64,000 bases of DNA from a virus: positions 43,639-107,638 of IMG/VR virus record IMGVR_UViG_3300034685_000168, one strand, 5' to 3'. How positions within the stretch are numbered: the first letter of the stretch is position 1; each line of letters starts with the position of its first letter. The notes below the pieces were generated by a model. That model made no database searches. It was not told where the DNA came from and was given only the letters and a program-made list of their open reading frames with translations. The position numbers were made by a program, and so were the translations under genes. Below, piece after piece: positions 9,306-19,077 of the stretch.

Positions 9306-11915
9306 TTATTCCTTATCTTCTACTTTATCTATAGGTAGAATTTCTTTTATTTGTTGTATTTGTTTATAAATTTTAGCAGTTACATTAACTGGTGTATGAA
9401 CAACTTCCATATCAATAAAATCTAGATTTACTGATTTATTAAATATAATATCTCTGTTTTTGATATGTTCATAAAAATAAAAATGTATTTTAGTAGTTTC
9501 ATTAGAAAATGTTTTTGGTATTTCTATTTCACCATTTATTAAATCCTCTATTAAATTTTGTGTATAGATAGAATACAAATGATATTCTTCAGGTATAAGA
9601 AGTATTTCTTTTTGAGTAAGTCCTATATGTCCATTAAGAAATCTCATAACATCAAGCATTATTTGTATATGTTCTAATAATTGAAATTGTGGTATTTGAT
9701 CTAATATATATTTATTAAATCTTGTGAATAAACTATATAAAGTTCCTGGTTTAGATTTATCTGATTCATTATTACTTATGTAATTAGTATATACATTAAA
9801 ATTATTAATTGATTTTCCTCTTATATATAAATCAGACAATCCTTTAAAAAATGATTCAGCAAAAGGTAATATATCTTTATTTTCATATATGAGAAAATCT
9901 TTATGTTTAAATAAACTTTTACCAGATAAAGTGTATACTTCTATATCGTTTTTTGTTATATCATCATAATTAATATATTCTATTGTATATATACATAATT
10001 GATTAAAACACAATTTACCATTTAAATATAATGGTTCAATTTTATAATCAATTCCTTCTGTTAAATAATACCCATTAAAAAATACTATATTTTCATTAAT
10101 ATTTATAACTGGTATATTTTCATTAAATATTAAATTTATAACTAATGCTTGGTTATTAATTAATTTATTTTCTAAATTATATTTATTATAAGTTATGTTC
10201 CCATTATCTATTTCATATTTGGGATATATAACAAATTCATTATCTACTTCTGTGTTTTTAAATGTTAATCTTTTATTTTCTTCATCTATATTTTCAACAA
10301 ATAAAATATCAGATATATTATTTATTTTATCCCAATAAAAATTATAAATTTTATGATCCATTCCATTAGATTTAAATATAGGGAAATTAATTCTTTTATA
10401 TATAACAAAATCAGTATAATTTATATCTATTGACATATCATCTATAATAGGTTTTTTATATAATCCATTATTGGGAATATGTTCTAATAATTTTATTTCA
10501 TGTATTAAATTATCTCCGTTATAATCTTCATTAAAATTTATACTAACCATACCAGTTTCTGTATTATCTTCATATGTAAAATTATCATTATTTATTTTAA
10601 CACCATCTTTAAATATAAGAGGAATTGTTTTAATATCTTGCCATAACAAATCTTTACGTAACCATATTTCAGTAAAAGTTGTATTTATTTTTAAATTATA
10701 TTTATTTATAGCAATTAACGATAGTGTTTTAAACAACCCTAATATATTAACATAAGTATTAAAATTATGATCTTTTGAAGAAAAATCATATAAAGTTTTT
10801 AAATAATTTGTATTCTCTAAAAAAGAAGCTTTCCAGAAATTAGGTTTATTAATTCCTATATCATTAAAAAAACTATCCTCACACAAGATTTCTATTATAT
10901 TAGAATCAGATAAAGAATATAATTTATTTATATAGTATTTATCTTGTTCCATGTAATTATCGTTATCTTCAGGAAAACGAATATGAATCTCTATGTATAC
11001 ATCAGTTGTATTTAATATAGATTTACCAAATGTAATTAAATATTCAGGTATACTAAAATCATTATGAGTAACTTGTTTAGGTGGTTTGTTATATATAGCA
11101 TCATTAACTATTATACCTTTATGATTATCTTTTCTTCTTACATAAATCATTAATGAGTTAAGAGTTATTATTTTATTATCTTTATTTAATTCTTTTGGTA
11201 TATGTATTAAAAATCTATTTTCTAATAAATCATCTTCATAATATCTACCTTGATTAATATCTGTTATATCTATTTTACATTTATTTTTTATATCTTCATC
11301 TATAAGAATTTCTATAAAGTCACCATTTTTTATTTCTGATGTAGTCATACTATCAACTAAATAACCATTATGAAAACATATATTATTTTTTATTTTGTTA
11401 ATAATATTATTTTTATTAGAAGAACTTGTAATAAAATAGTTTTCTACAAATAAATTAGTATTTTTAACTATATCTTTCCATGTTTTTAAATATATATCTA
11501 AGCTTTTTATATTAAGTTTTTTATAAGCTTTTTTATTTATTATTATGACAAAATATTCATCAAGTAAATTAAAATTTAAATAAAAATTATCTTTTGGAAT
11601 CGATTTGCCTTCTCTACTTATTAATTCACAATATCGTCTTTTATCATTAATAAGTTCATTACCAGAATACCATTTATCTTCATAATTAAAAGATAAATCG
11701 AATAATAAATTTTTATCAAAATAAAATACATAATAAGGACCGTTATCTGGTAATTTATGGTTTTTACCAAATAGATAAAAATAATTAGTTTGTGATCTTG
11801 TATGTAAATATGATAATTTTATATTATTCCTATAATCTTGATGTTCTTCATTCCATATATTCTGTGTAACATATGATTGTAAATACCTAAGAACTCGTTG
11901 GTTATTGAAATCCAT
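9306..11915 (-). CDS. Virion structural protein (phiKZ gp27-like)
   Basis: 869 aa; N-terminal NIW...QD, QVTHNDFSIP, FFNGYYLTEGIDY; synteny. Confidence 0.65.
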   Translation of the reverse strand: MDFNNQRVLRYLQSYVTQNIWNEEHQDYRNNIKLSYLHTRSQTNYFYLFGKNHKLPDNGPYYVFYFDKNLLFDLSFNYEDKWYSGNELINDKRRYCELISREGKSIPKDNFYLNFNLLDEYFVIIINKKAYKKLNIKSLDIYLKTWKDIVKNTNLFVENYFITSSSNKNNIINKIKNNICFHNGYLVDSMTTSEIKNGDFIEILIDEDIKNKCKIDITDINQGRYYEDDLLENRFLIHIPKELNKDNKIITLNSLMIYVRRKDNHKGIIVNDAIYNKPPKQVTHNDFSIPEYLITFGKSILNTTDVYIEIHIRFPEDNDNYMEQDKYYINKLYSLSDSNIIEILCEDSFFNDIGINKPNFWKASFLENTNYLKTLYDFSSKDHNFNTYVNILGLFKTLSLIAINKYNLKINTTFTEIWLRKDLLWQDIKTIPLIFKDGVKINNDNFTYEDNTETGMVSINFNEDYNGDNLIHEIKLLEHIPNNGLYKKPIIDDMSIDINYTDFVIYKRINFPIFKSNGMDHKIYNFYWDKINNISDILFVENIDEENKRLTFKNTEVDNEFVIYPKYEIDNGNITYNKYNLENKLINNQALVINLIFNENIPVININENIVFFNGYYLTEGIDYKIEPLYLNGKLCFNQLCIYTIEYINYDDITKNDIEVYTLSGKSLFKHKDFLIYENKDILPFAESFFKGLSDLYIRGKSINNFNVYTNYISNNESDKSKPGTLYSLFTRFNKYILDQIPQFQLLEHIQIMLDVMRFLNGHIGLTQKEILLIPEEYHLYSIYTQNLIEDLINGEIEIPKTFSNETTKIHFYFYEHIKNRDIIFNKSVNLDFIDMEVVHTPVNVTAKIYKQIQQIKEILPIDKVEDKE

Positions 11916-11919
11916 ATTT

Positions 11920-12930
11920 TTATATTCCTTCTAAAGTAGAAAGAAACAATCTTGATTTTAATAATGAAGATATTAATTCTTCTACATCTGACATTAATTT
12001 AAAAGTATTAAGTGGCTTTCTATGCCAATCTTTATTACCACCAACTATCTTTAATAAATGACTAACCCAATATGGTGGATATTCTATGGCTATCATTAAT
12101 TCTGTACTGTTATTGTGGGATATACTAAAACTTCTCATTAGATAATATTCATTAAATCTATCTTTTAGTATAGGAATTAATTTAATTAATCTTTTACAAA
12201 ACTCGACAATGGTCATTGGTTCTGTAATTTTATAATCTAATAGAAATTCATTTAATATATTTTCCATTTCTATTTTAGATAAATTAATTTTTAATTGTGT
12301 TAAAACGAAAGGAGAAAAAAAATCATCTTGATCAAATTTATACAATCTAGTAAAGTAAAACCAAGCAAATAACATCCGAACCATTTCAATATCTCTAACA
12401 TTATTAAGTAAACGTATAGTTGATGTAATAATCATATTATAGGATTGAACTATTGTTTTTAAAATACTTTTTTCTAACCACATAGGAATATTTTTATTAT
12501 TTAAAAAAGTTTCATATGATAGAAAAAGTGTATATTTCATAATTAGTTCATGAAAAGCATCGAGATTATTTATCTCAACATCATCGTCACTAAATTTTTT
12601 CTTTTTAATAAAAGGTGTAATATTAACAATAACTTTATTATTATGTATTATAGGAATATCAGAGATATTAAAAACATCAGGAATACTATCAGAGTTTATA
12701 TTAGATAAATCAATTAATTCAAATAAACCAGTTAAATCATTTTGTACTACATAATTAGTTATGACTTTAGCTGGATTTTCAACTAGTGTTTTTTTCTTAA
12801 AGAAAATATTTTTATTTCTTGTGTTTAAAACACATTCATTATGCTTTTTTAAGAATATAATTGCTTTATTAGTTTGTTCTTTAACGTTATGGATTTTAGT
12901 AAATGATGTATTTTCAAATTTATTTTTCAT
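11920..12930 (-). CDS. Conserved phiKZ gp28-like protein
   Basis: 336 aa, AIEYPPYW motif; divergent from the tail sheath gene. Confidence 0.55.
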   Translation of the reverse strand: MKNKFENTSFTKIHNVKEQTNKAIIFLKKHNECVLNTRNKNIFFKKKTLVENPAKVITNYVVQNDLTGLFELIDLSNINSDSIPDVFNISDIPIIHNNKVIVNITPFIKKKKFSDDDVEINNLDAFHELIMKYTLFLSYETFLNNKNIPMWLEKSILKTIVQSYNMIITSTIRLLNNVRDIEMVRMLFAWFYFTRLYKFDQDDFFSPFVLTQLKINLSKIEMENILNEFLLDYKITEPMTIVEFCKRLIKLIPILKDRFNEYYLMRSFSISHNNSTELMIAIEYPPYWVSHLLKIVGGNKDWHRKPLNTFKLMSDVEELISSLLKSRLFLSTLEGI

Positions 12931-13021
12931 TTGTAAGCTCCTATGCTTAATTAAAATATGTTTAAATATATTATTTATTAATTTACTTATAAAATTATAA
13001 AAATATATAAGGAGAATAATA

Positions 13022-14716
13022 ATGCCTACTTATTACCACCCAGGTTATCTTATCAATACCATTGATACTGGATTATATGTACCTGTTGAAGAAATCGTAA
13101 GATCTCTTCATAGACCATGTGTTTTTATGTTTACTCAATCTGGACCTTATAACAAACCAGTTTGGGTTAATAACATCACCGAAGCTAAACGTATATTTGG
13201 TGAAGAAACTTTCAATAAGTTTAATTCTGAATATTTTAGTAAAGAATCTAGATTAGCTGAAACCTTTTTCCCTCATCATGGTTGTTATATAGTACGACTA
13301 TTACCAACAGATGATTTTCAGGTTAGTGGAGAACAACCAGAAAGTGCTAGAGTAATTCTTGCACTAGATATAACTGAATCAAAATTAACTAATTACCAAC
13401 GTAATTTAGATGGATCATTTGTTCTAGATGGTGCTGGTAATAAAGTCGTTGATCCTGATACACCTTCTGTAGAAGGATTCAAATTCTTTTTTCATTATAA
13501 ATATGTGTCTGATGCAGATTGGACTACCAAAACTACACAAGAACTATTAACTAAATCTACACCTACTCCTGGTACTACATCATATAACATTATGTTAATT
13601 AATGATATTTACCCAGGTAAAGATGGTAATAGATTTGGATTTAATTTCTATAGAGATATTGAAGCTTATGACTCTAATTTCATAGATGAAATAAAAGCTA
13701 TGATGTACACATTTAAACCTAAGAAAAAGGTTTATAATAATGTACAAGTTACTCCTATGTTAGATAAATATAATAGTGTTTTTAATAATTTCAGTTTAAA
13801 AGAAAATACTATTGATCCCAATACTAATATAGAACTAAGTATTGATAAAGTACTTGATAATAAATATGATAATTTTAATTATGAGTTTGTAGTTAATACT
13901 GAATTAATAAAAGAAATAGGTAATCTATATTTAGCTAAAAGACAAGTTATAGATGGAACAGAAACACCTGGGTATATCGATGGTGGAATACTTGTAGATG
14001 AGCCGTTTATGATAGATTTTATTAATTTCAAAGATTTTAATGGTAATCCACTTATTGGTACTGAAAAAGAAGCTATAGAAGATCAACCTGGACTTAACCC
14101 CATTACTAAAGATACTATCATTTATCTTGATGGTGGTAAAGATGGTAATAAAACAGATACTACTAAAGAATTTCTTATTAGTGAATTCTGCAAAGCTACA
14201 TTATTCCCTGATATACTAAATAAAGCTAAATACCCTATTACTCATATTTATGATATGGGTTATACAATAGATACTAAAAAGAAAATGCTTGATTTTATGG
14301 CAGTGCGTGATGACGTAAGTGTTACAACAGTAACTCAGGTATTTAGTATTGTTGCCAAAATGGCAATGCCAGTTATTGTTGATGTTGATAGTGCTGCTAA
14401 TATTACTGATGTTAAATTAGGAATCGCCGCACCCGAATTTATTAATGGCGATGGAACTGTTACAAGTATTTACTTAGAATTAGAAAATACAGATACATCT
14501 ACATTATTATACGATGGTCCAATAGAGTTTAGTACATTAATACCAACTAAAGAACTAGAACAAGCATCTGGTGATTATTGGATTCCTATGATAGATCTTA
14601 CATTAAACCCTGGTATTGGTACTGGAAATTTCCGTGCTAGAATTAAATTTACTGATAACAACGGTGTTGAATCTGATTTCTCTCTATGGAAATCTTTTAG
14701 TGTTGTTGGTGTTTAG
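13022..14716 (+). CDS. Tail sheath protein, N-terminal part, with a C-terminal Ig/FN3-like extension
   Basis: AKRIFGEETF, CYIVRL, YLDGGKDG, IYDMGYTIDTKKKM sheath motifs; final ~120 aa end ...FRARIKFTDNNGVESDFSLWKSFSV; AGGAG RBS. Confidence 0.85.
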   Translation: MPTYYHPGYLINTIDTGLYVPVEEIVRSLHRPCVFMFTQSGPYNKPVWVNNITEAKRIFGEETFNKFNSEYFSKESRLAETFFPHHGCYIVRLLPTDDFQVSGEQPESARVILALDITESKLTNYQRNLDGSFVLDGAGNKVVDPDTPSVEGFKFFFHYKYVSDADWTTKTTQELLTKSTPTPGTTSYNIMLINDIYPGKDGNRFGFNFYRDIEAYDSNFIDEIKAMMYTFKPKKKVYNNVQVTPMLDKYNSVFNNFSLKENTIDPNTNIELSIDKVLDNKYDNFNYEFVVNTELIKEIGNLYLAKRQVIDGTETPGYIDGGILVDEPFMIDFINFKDFNGNPLIGTEKEAIEDQPGLNPITKDTIIYLDGGKDGNKTDTTKEFLISEFCKATLFPDILNKAKYPITHIYDMGYTIDTKKKMLDFMAVRDDVSVTTVTQVFSIVAKMAMPVIVDVDSAANITDVKLGIAAPEFINGDGTVTSIYLELENTDTSTLLYDGPIEFSTLIPTKELEQASGDYWIPMIDLTLNPGIGTGNFRARIKFTDNNGVESDFSLWKSFSVVGV

Positions 14717-14746
14717 TAAAAATAACAATTAAGGAGATAGTTTAAA

Positions 14747-15457
14747 ATGACTGTTAAAATAAATAACGCATATGAAGATGAGTCTGTTGCAATATCTCTA
14801 GCTGCTTATGGCAGACTCATTCCTGAATCAGTAGAAAAAGGAACTGAATCTTGTAGATTTAGTATTTTTGTTCAATGTGGAAAAACCCATGATAATATTA
14901 TGATGCCAGCTGGACTTCGGATAGCACAAATGCGTGCAGAAAAGATGGGAACCCAATCTCTTAGAGGAGATTTTGGTGGAAGACCTGATAGTGAATGTCA
15001 TCTGTTTAAAGAACTTAGTTATATTCCAGCAGGTGATGAAAGCAAAGCAAGATTGTGGGCCGCAGGTGCTAATTATCTTAGTTCTTGTAATGAAAAAGAT
15101 GTTTATTATGAAGGACTTAAATCAGGGTATGCACACCAAAGTTCTGCATTAAGTGATTTATATTTTTGTGATACATTATGTTATGTTAAACAAGCGGTTG
15201 GAGTATCATACTCTATGTTTGCTGGTGTTAGATGGCCTTTTAATATACTTAAAGATAAAATAACTAAAGACCTTACTACTAGATTAAATACTCTATTCAA
15301 TGGTAAATATGTATTTTCTGTTGATGTTTATCAGACTGTAGAAGAACAGAAAAAAGGTTATGAAACACACGTAGCTATTAATATAGAATCTCCTAATCAA
15401 AATCTTAGGTGGAATGTTGATATAAACTGCTCAAGAGAAGGTTATGTTGCAGAATAA
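14747..15457 (+). CDS. Tail sheath protein, C-terminal part
   Basis: PES..GT..CR..I..Q.G, LWAAGANY and 'KSGY...SSAL' sheath C-domain motifs; own AAGGAG RBS. Confidence 0.8.
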   Translation: MTVKINNAYEDESVAISLAAYGRLIPESVEKGTESCRFSIFVQCGKTHDNIMMPAGLRIAQMRAEKMGTQSLRGDFGGRPDSECHLFKELSYIPAGDESKARLWAAGANYLSSCNEKDVYYEGLKSGYAHQSSALSDLYFCDTLCYVKQAVGVSYSMFAGVRWPFNILKDKITKDLTTRLNTLFNGKYVFSVDVYQTVEEQKKGYETHVAINIESPNQNLRWNVDINCSREGYVAE

Positions 15458-15485
15458 TCTTTAACAATAAAAGGATAAAATAATT

Positions 15486-16313
15486 ATGAGTGATGCTATT
15501 TTAAACGAAGTAGAAAGTATCTACTACGGACGAAATAAAAAAATATCCAATATAAACAATGGTGGTTTGGCTGGTATTGCAGCCCAAGTTAAAAATCTAG
15601 ATGCAGCAGCTTCTTTGATTTTACCCCCAGCGGTACCAATTGTTATACATGTACCAACTATGTATGATCCTTGGCCAGACCTTCAACAATTCATTACAGA
15701 TCTTGTAGAAACTCATGCGACTTCTATTACTGGAGTTGATGTTGGATATACAACAGAAACTGATGATAGACCTGGTGGAGCAGATGGACAAACTATAGCC
15801 ACACCAACACAGACCAAACGAAAAGCTGTTAGTCCGAGTATGACATTTCCTGAACTTAATGGGTCACCTATTTGGACAATATTAACTCAATGGCAACATG
15901 ATATACAACACCCTGATACTAATATCTTCTGTGCTAGAATGACTAATCCCCCACCATTTATTCCATCGAGTTATTCTATGTCATTATTAATGATACAATT
16001 TGGTGTATCTCACAGACCAGATGATATTCTTATAGCTAATTATATCACTAATATATTTCCAACTGATGTTGGAGATTATGGTTTAGAGATGAATATTGGT
16101 GCAAGTAAAAGAATGGAAAGAACTGTTCAATTTACTGGTTATGGTATACAAAATAATATGGTTACAGAATTGGCTTATGAAATAGCTTCTAAACTACAAA
16201 TCCATAAAGGAGATTTTAACAGATTATCTCCTGAATATAATAAAGTTATGGATTCTATATCTAAATCAGGTATAGTCAGACAGTTAGATAGTATTCCTAA
16301 AATACAAGAGTAA
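15486..16313 (+). CDS. Tail tube protein (phiKZ gp30-like)
   Basis: Follows the sheath; 275 aa; LVETHATSITG, PSMTFPELNG, NIFPT, VQFTG. Confidence 0.8.
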   Translation: MSDAILNEVESIYYGRNKKISNINNGGLAGIAAQVKNLDAAASLILPPAVPIVIHVPTMYDPWPDLQQFITDLVETHATSITGVDVGYTTETDDRPGGADGQTIATPTQTKRKAVSPSMTFPELNGSPIWTILTQWQHDIQHPDTNIFCARMTNPPPFIPSSYSMSLLMIQFGVSHRPDDILIANYITNIFPTDVGDYGLEMNIGASKRMERTVQFTGYGIQNNMVTELAYEIASKLQIHKGDFNRLSPEYNKVMDSISKSGIVRQLDSIPKIQE

Positions 16314-16329
16314 TATAAGTTAAATGTTA

Positions 16330-16363
16330 TTATCTATGGTCCTGTAAAAAGGACCATAGATAA
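16330..16363. terminator. Bidirectional hairpin terminator
   Basis: ttatctatggtcct-gtaaaa-aggaccatagataa between convergent genes. Confidence 0.8.
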
Positions 16364-16376
16364 AACACTTTTTATA

Positions 16377-19043
16377 TTACCATCTACTTCCACCAGAATC
16401 ACTAGATGTATCAGCTGTTGCATCATCTAGTTTCTTTTTCCAATCACTTATACCTTGAGTTATATTACGTAACCGTTTATATAGATCTATAGACTCATCT
16501 TGATCAAATGCATCTATATCAGATTCCATAATATTAGCCATTCCATTAGTAGCTACAAAATTCTTAATTAATCGTCGTATAGCAGTTGCTTTCATAGCAG
16601 GTAAACTATTACGTAATTTATCATCTTCTATCGGTAATAGTTCTTGACTAATAACTTTATCCATATATTTTTCACATAGATCAATAAATGAATCTAATTC
16701 ATCTATTCTATTTTTATCTATTACTAAATTGGGTTTAGGTAAAAATGCAGTTACATTTTCAATAATTTCATAAAGAATATCAACAAGTTCTTTTTTCTCA
16801 CCTGTTATTATTCCATCTTCTATATTAATAACTCCACCAACAAATAAATTATTAGATTTTTTATCATCAGGTTCTTCAGTTTTATACTTATCTTTTACAC
16901 TATCTGGATCATCCTTTTTTTTACTAAAAAACTGCTTAGTGATGTATGCATCACCCTTTAAGATTTCGAGGATTCTACGCTGAATTACTTCCGAGTATAT
17001 AAGCTCATTTTGAGCTAATTTAGAACATAACGAAATTATCTTATTTTGTATTATTTTTACAATATTAGCTAAAAAGAGATTATTAGACAATATAGATGTT
17101 GCTAGTTCATTTTCTCCAACAGCATTCAATGAACTATAAGGGACATTTAAATAAGCCAATACTTGTTTATCTAATTCTTCTATTAAATTATCTACATCCC
17201 CTCTACTTCTTGTAGAACTTGATTCCATTCTAGTTTCAGATAAACCTTCTAATCCTTGAATATTTTTAGGTATTATTTTAATGTGTCTATCTATTATATC
17301 TTTACCTATATCAGAATAATGAATATTAGGTTTAAAATTACGTTTATCATTAACAACTCTTCTAATATCTTCCATTATTTCTTCTATATTAGTTGTTCCT
17401 TCAGGAATATCAACTTCTATAGTTCTACTATCCATAGCATTTTCCATAGTCTCTAATACTTTAGAAACTAATAATGTATTTTTCATTGCTATTAAAAGTT
17501 TAGCACCATCTTCTAACTTAGATTTACCAGTACCATCTTCTCTATAATCAAAAGCAAAATAAGTTATTAAATTTTCAGGAACAAATATTAATCTAACTTT
17601 TCTTTCGTGTAAAAAATTTTGAAATATAGTAGAAGCTATATTATTATAAATATTGATATTAATATTGTTTAAGCCCATATCAGATAGTTTAGTTTCTATC
17701 ATATATTTCAATGCGATATTAAATATAGTAGAAGCATATTTTTGTTTTTGTTTATTATTTAATTTATTTAACTCTGTCATATTAGGAGAAAATACTTCTT
17801 TTAAAATATGGGTTGTATTACTAAAATCTGAAGTATTATTTGCACCATTTGTAATATCATTAAATAGTGGATTTATATTTTCATCTGTTACAACAAAATA
17901 CCCTGCTTTTTCATTAGAACCAGGGATAGTTATAGGAATAACATTTTTAGATTTCAATATAATAAGAAATGGATGATCTCCTTTAACAAGATTTGTATTG
18001 TTATCAACTTTATAAATAGAATTATCTACTCCTATAAATTGATCATTAAATGTTTTATTAATTCTATCCATTGCTTTCTTGACATTTTTCTTAGACTTTT
18101 CTAATACTCTAAAATTATCTGATATAATTACATTGTTATCTTCACTCATTTTGTTCAATATAGGTTTTGCTATTTTTTTTATATTTTCTATATTAAACAT
18201 TTTTTTATTTTCTTTTAATTCTTTATTCGTAAATTCATTAGTAAATTCATTAGTAATTGATTGATTTAAAACTTTTAAAAACTTAGAATCGTTTTTATCT
18301 TCTTGTATTATATTTTTAAAATTATTTAATATCAAACTATTAGAATTATTATTAACTGAAAATATATTTTTTTTAAGTAGAGAATCTATATCTTCATTAT
18401 CTAAATTACTATTATATATATCGTCTCTAATAAATACTTCTTTATTATTTTGATTCTTAACCACTAATTTAATATCTTCAGTTAATTGATACAATATTCT
18501 ATTATTAGAATTCGGTATTGTTAATATAGGTACTGCACCAGAACTCATAATTGCTTCATAAATCCAATCTGGAAGTAATGTATTTAGTTTTCTATATTTA
18601 CACATATGTTCTGTTAATAAATCAGATAATGCTTTATTAGTATCATCTGTTATATTGGGATGATTGATTATAAATCGTAACGAATCAGTTTGTAAATCAT
18701 CTGGTGATAATATAGTAGAAACTAATAATTTACCAGCTTGTTGTAAATTAGGTGATAATTCTAATAAAGATTTAGTATCTTCTATTTTATCAGAATTATC
18801 TTTTGTTAATGTTTCTAAATAAGATTTAATATCATTTAAACGAACATCTTGTTTAATATCTTTATCAGGAGATAACATATATCTAACATGTTCTTTTTTA
18901 TACATATCAGAAAAATAATTATCTTTTTTAAATTTATTTTTCTTATCTTGTTCATGATATGGTGCTTCTGCTTGAGAAAATAAAGAAGTAAATGCTCGTT
19001 TTATTTCTATTAAAATCTTATTTTTATTTTTTTCTTCTTCCAT
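16377..19043 (-). CDS. Portal protein (phiKZ gp129-like)
   Basis: 888 aa; LVSTILSPDD, VIPITIPG..GYFVV.DE, YFAFDYREDGTGKS motifs. Confidence 0.8.
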   Translation of the reverse strand: MEEEKNKNKILIEIKRAFTSLFSQAEAPYHEQDKKNKFKKDNYFSDMYKKEHVRYMLSPDKDIKQDVRLNDIKSYLETLTKDNSDKIEDTKSLLELSPNLQQAGKLLVSTILSPDDLQTDSLRFIINHPNITDDTNKALSDLLTEHMCKYRKLNTLLPDWIYEAIMSSGAVPILTIPNSNNRILYQLTEDIKLVVKNQNNKEVFIRDDIYNSNLDNEDIDSLLKKNIFSVNNNSNSLILNNFKNIIQEDKNDSKFLKVLNQSITNEFTNEFTNKELKENKKMFNIENIKKIAKPILNKMSEDNNVIISDNFRVLEKSKKNVKKAMDRINKTFNDQFIGVDNSIYKVDNNTNLVKGDHPFLIILKSKNVIPITIPGSNEKAGYFVVTDENINPLFNDITNGANNTSDFSNTTHILKEVFSPNMTELNKLNNKQKQKYASTIFNIALKYMIETKLSDMGLNNININIYNNIASTIFQNFLHERKVRLIFVPENLITYFAFDYREDGTGKSKLEDGAKLLIAMKNTLLVSKVLETMENAMDSRTIEVDIPEGTTNIEEIMEDIRRVVNDKRNFKPNIHYSDIGKDIIDRHIKIIPKNIQGLEGLSETRMESSSTRSRGDVDNLIEELDKQVLAYLNVPYSSLNAVGENELATSILSNNLFLANIVKIIQNKIISLCSKLAQNELIYSEVIQRRILEILKGDAYITKQFFSKKKDDPDSVKDKYKTEEPDDKKSNNLFVGGVINIEDGIITGEKKELVDILYEIIENVTAFLPKPNLVIDKNRIDELDSFIDLCEKYMDKVISQELLPIEDDKLRNSLPAMKATAIRRLIKNFVATNGMANIMESDIDAFDQDESIDLYKRLRNITQGISDWKKKLDDATADTSSDSGGSRW

Positions 19044-19077
19044 ATTTAAAACTCCTTAAAGTAAGGTAAAAATAATT

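Noticed and set aside
14714-14746. TAG readthrough or alternative genetic code explaining the split sheath
   Set aside because: TAG is followed immediately by TAA, the next gene has its own SD, and all long genes translate intact in code 11.
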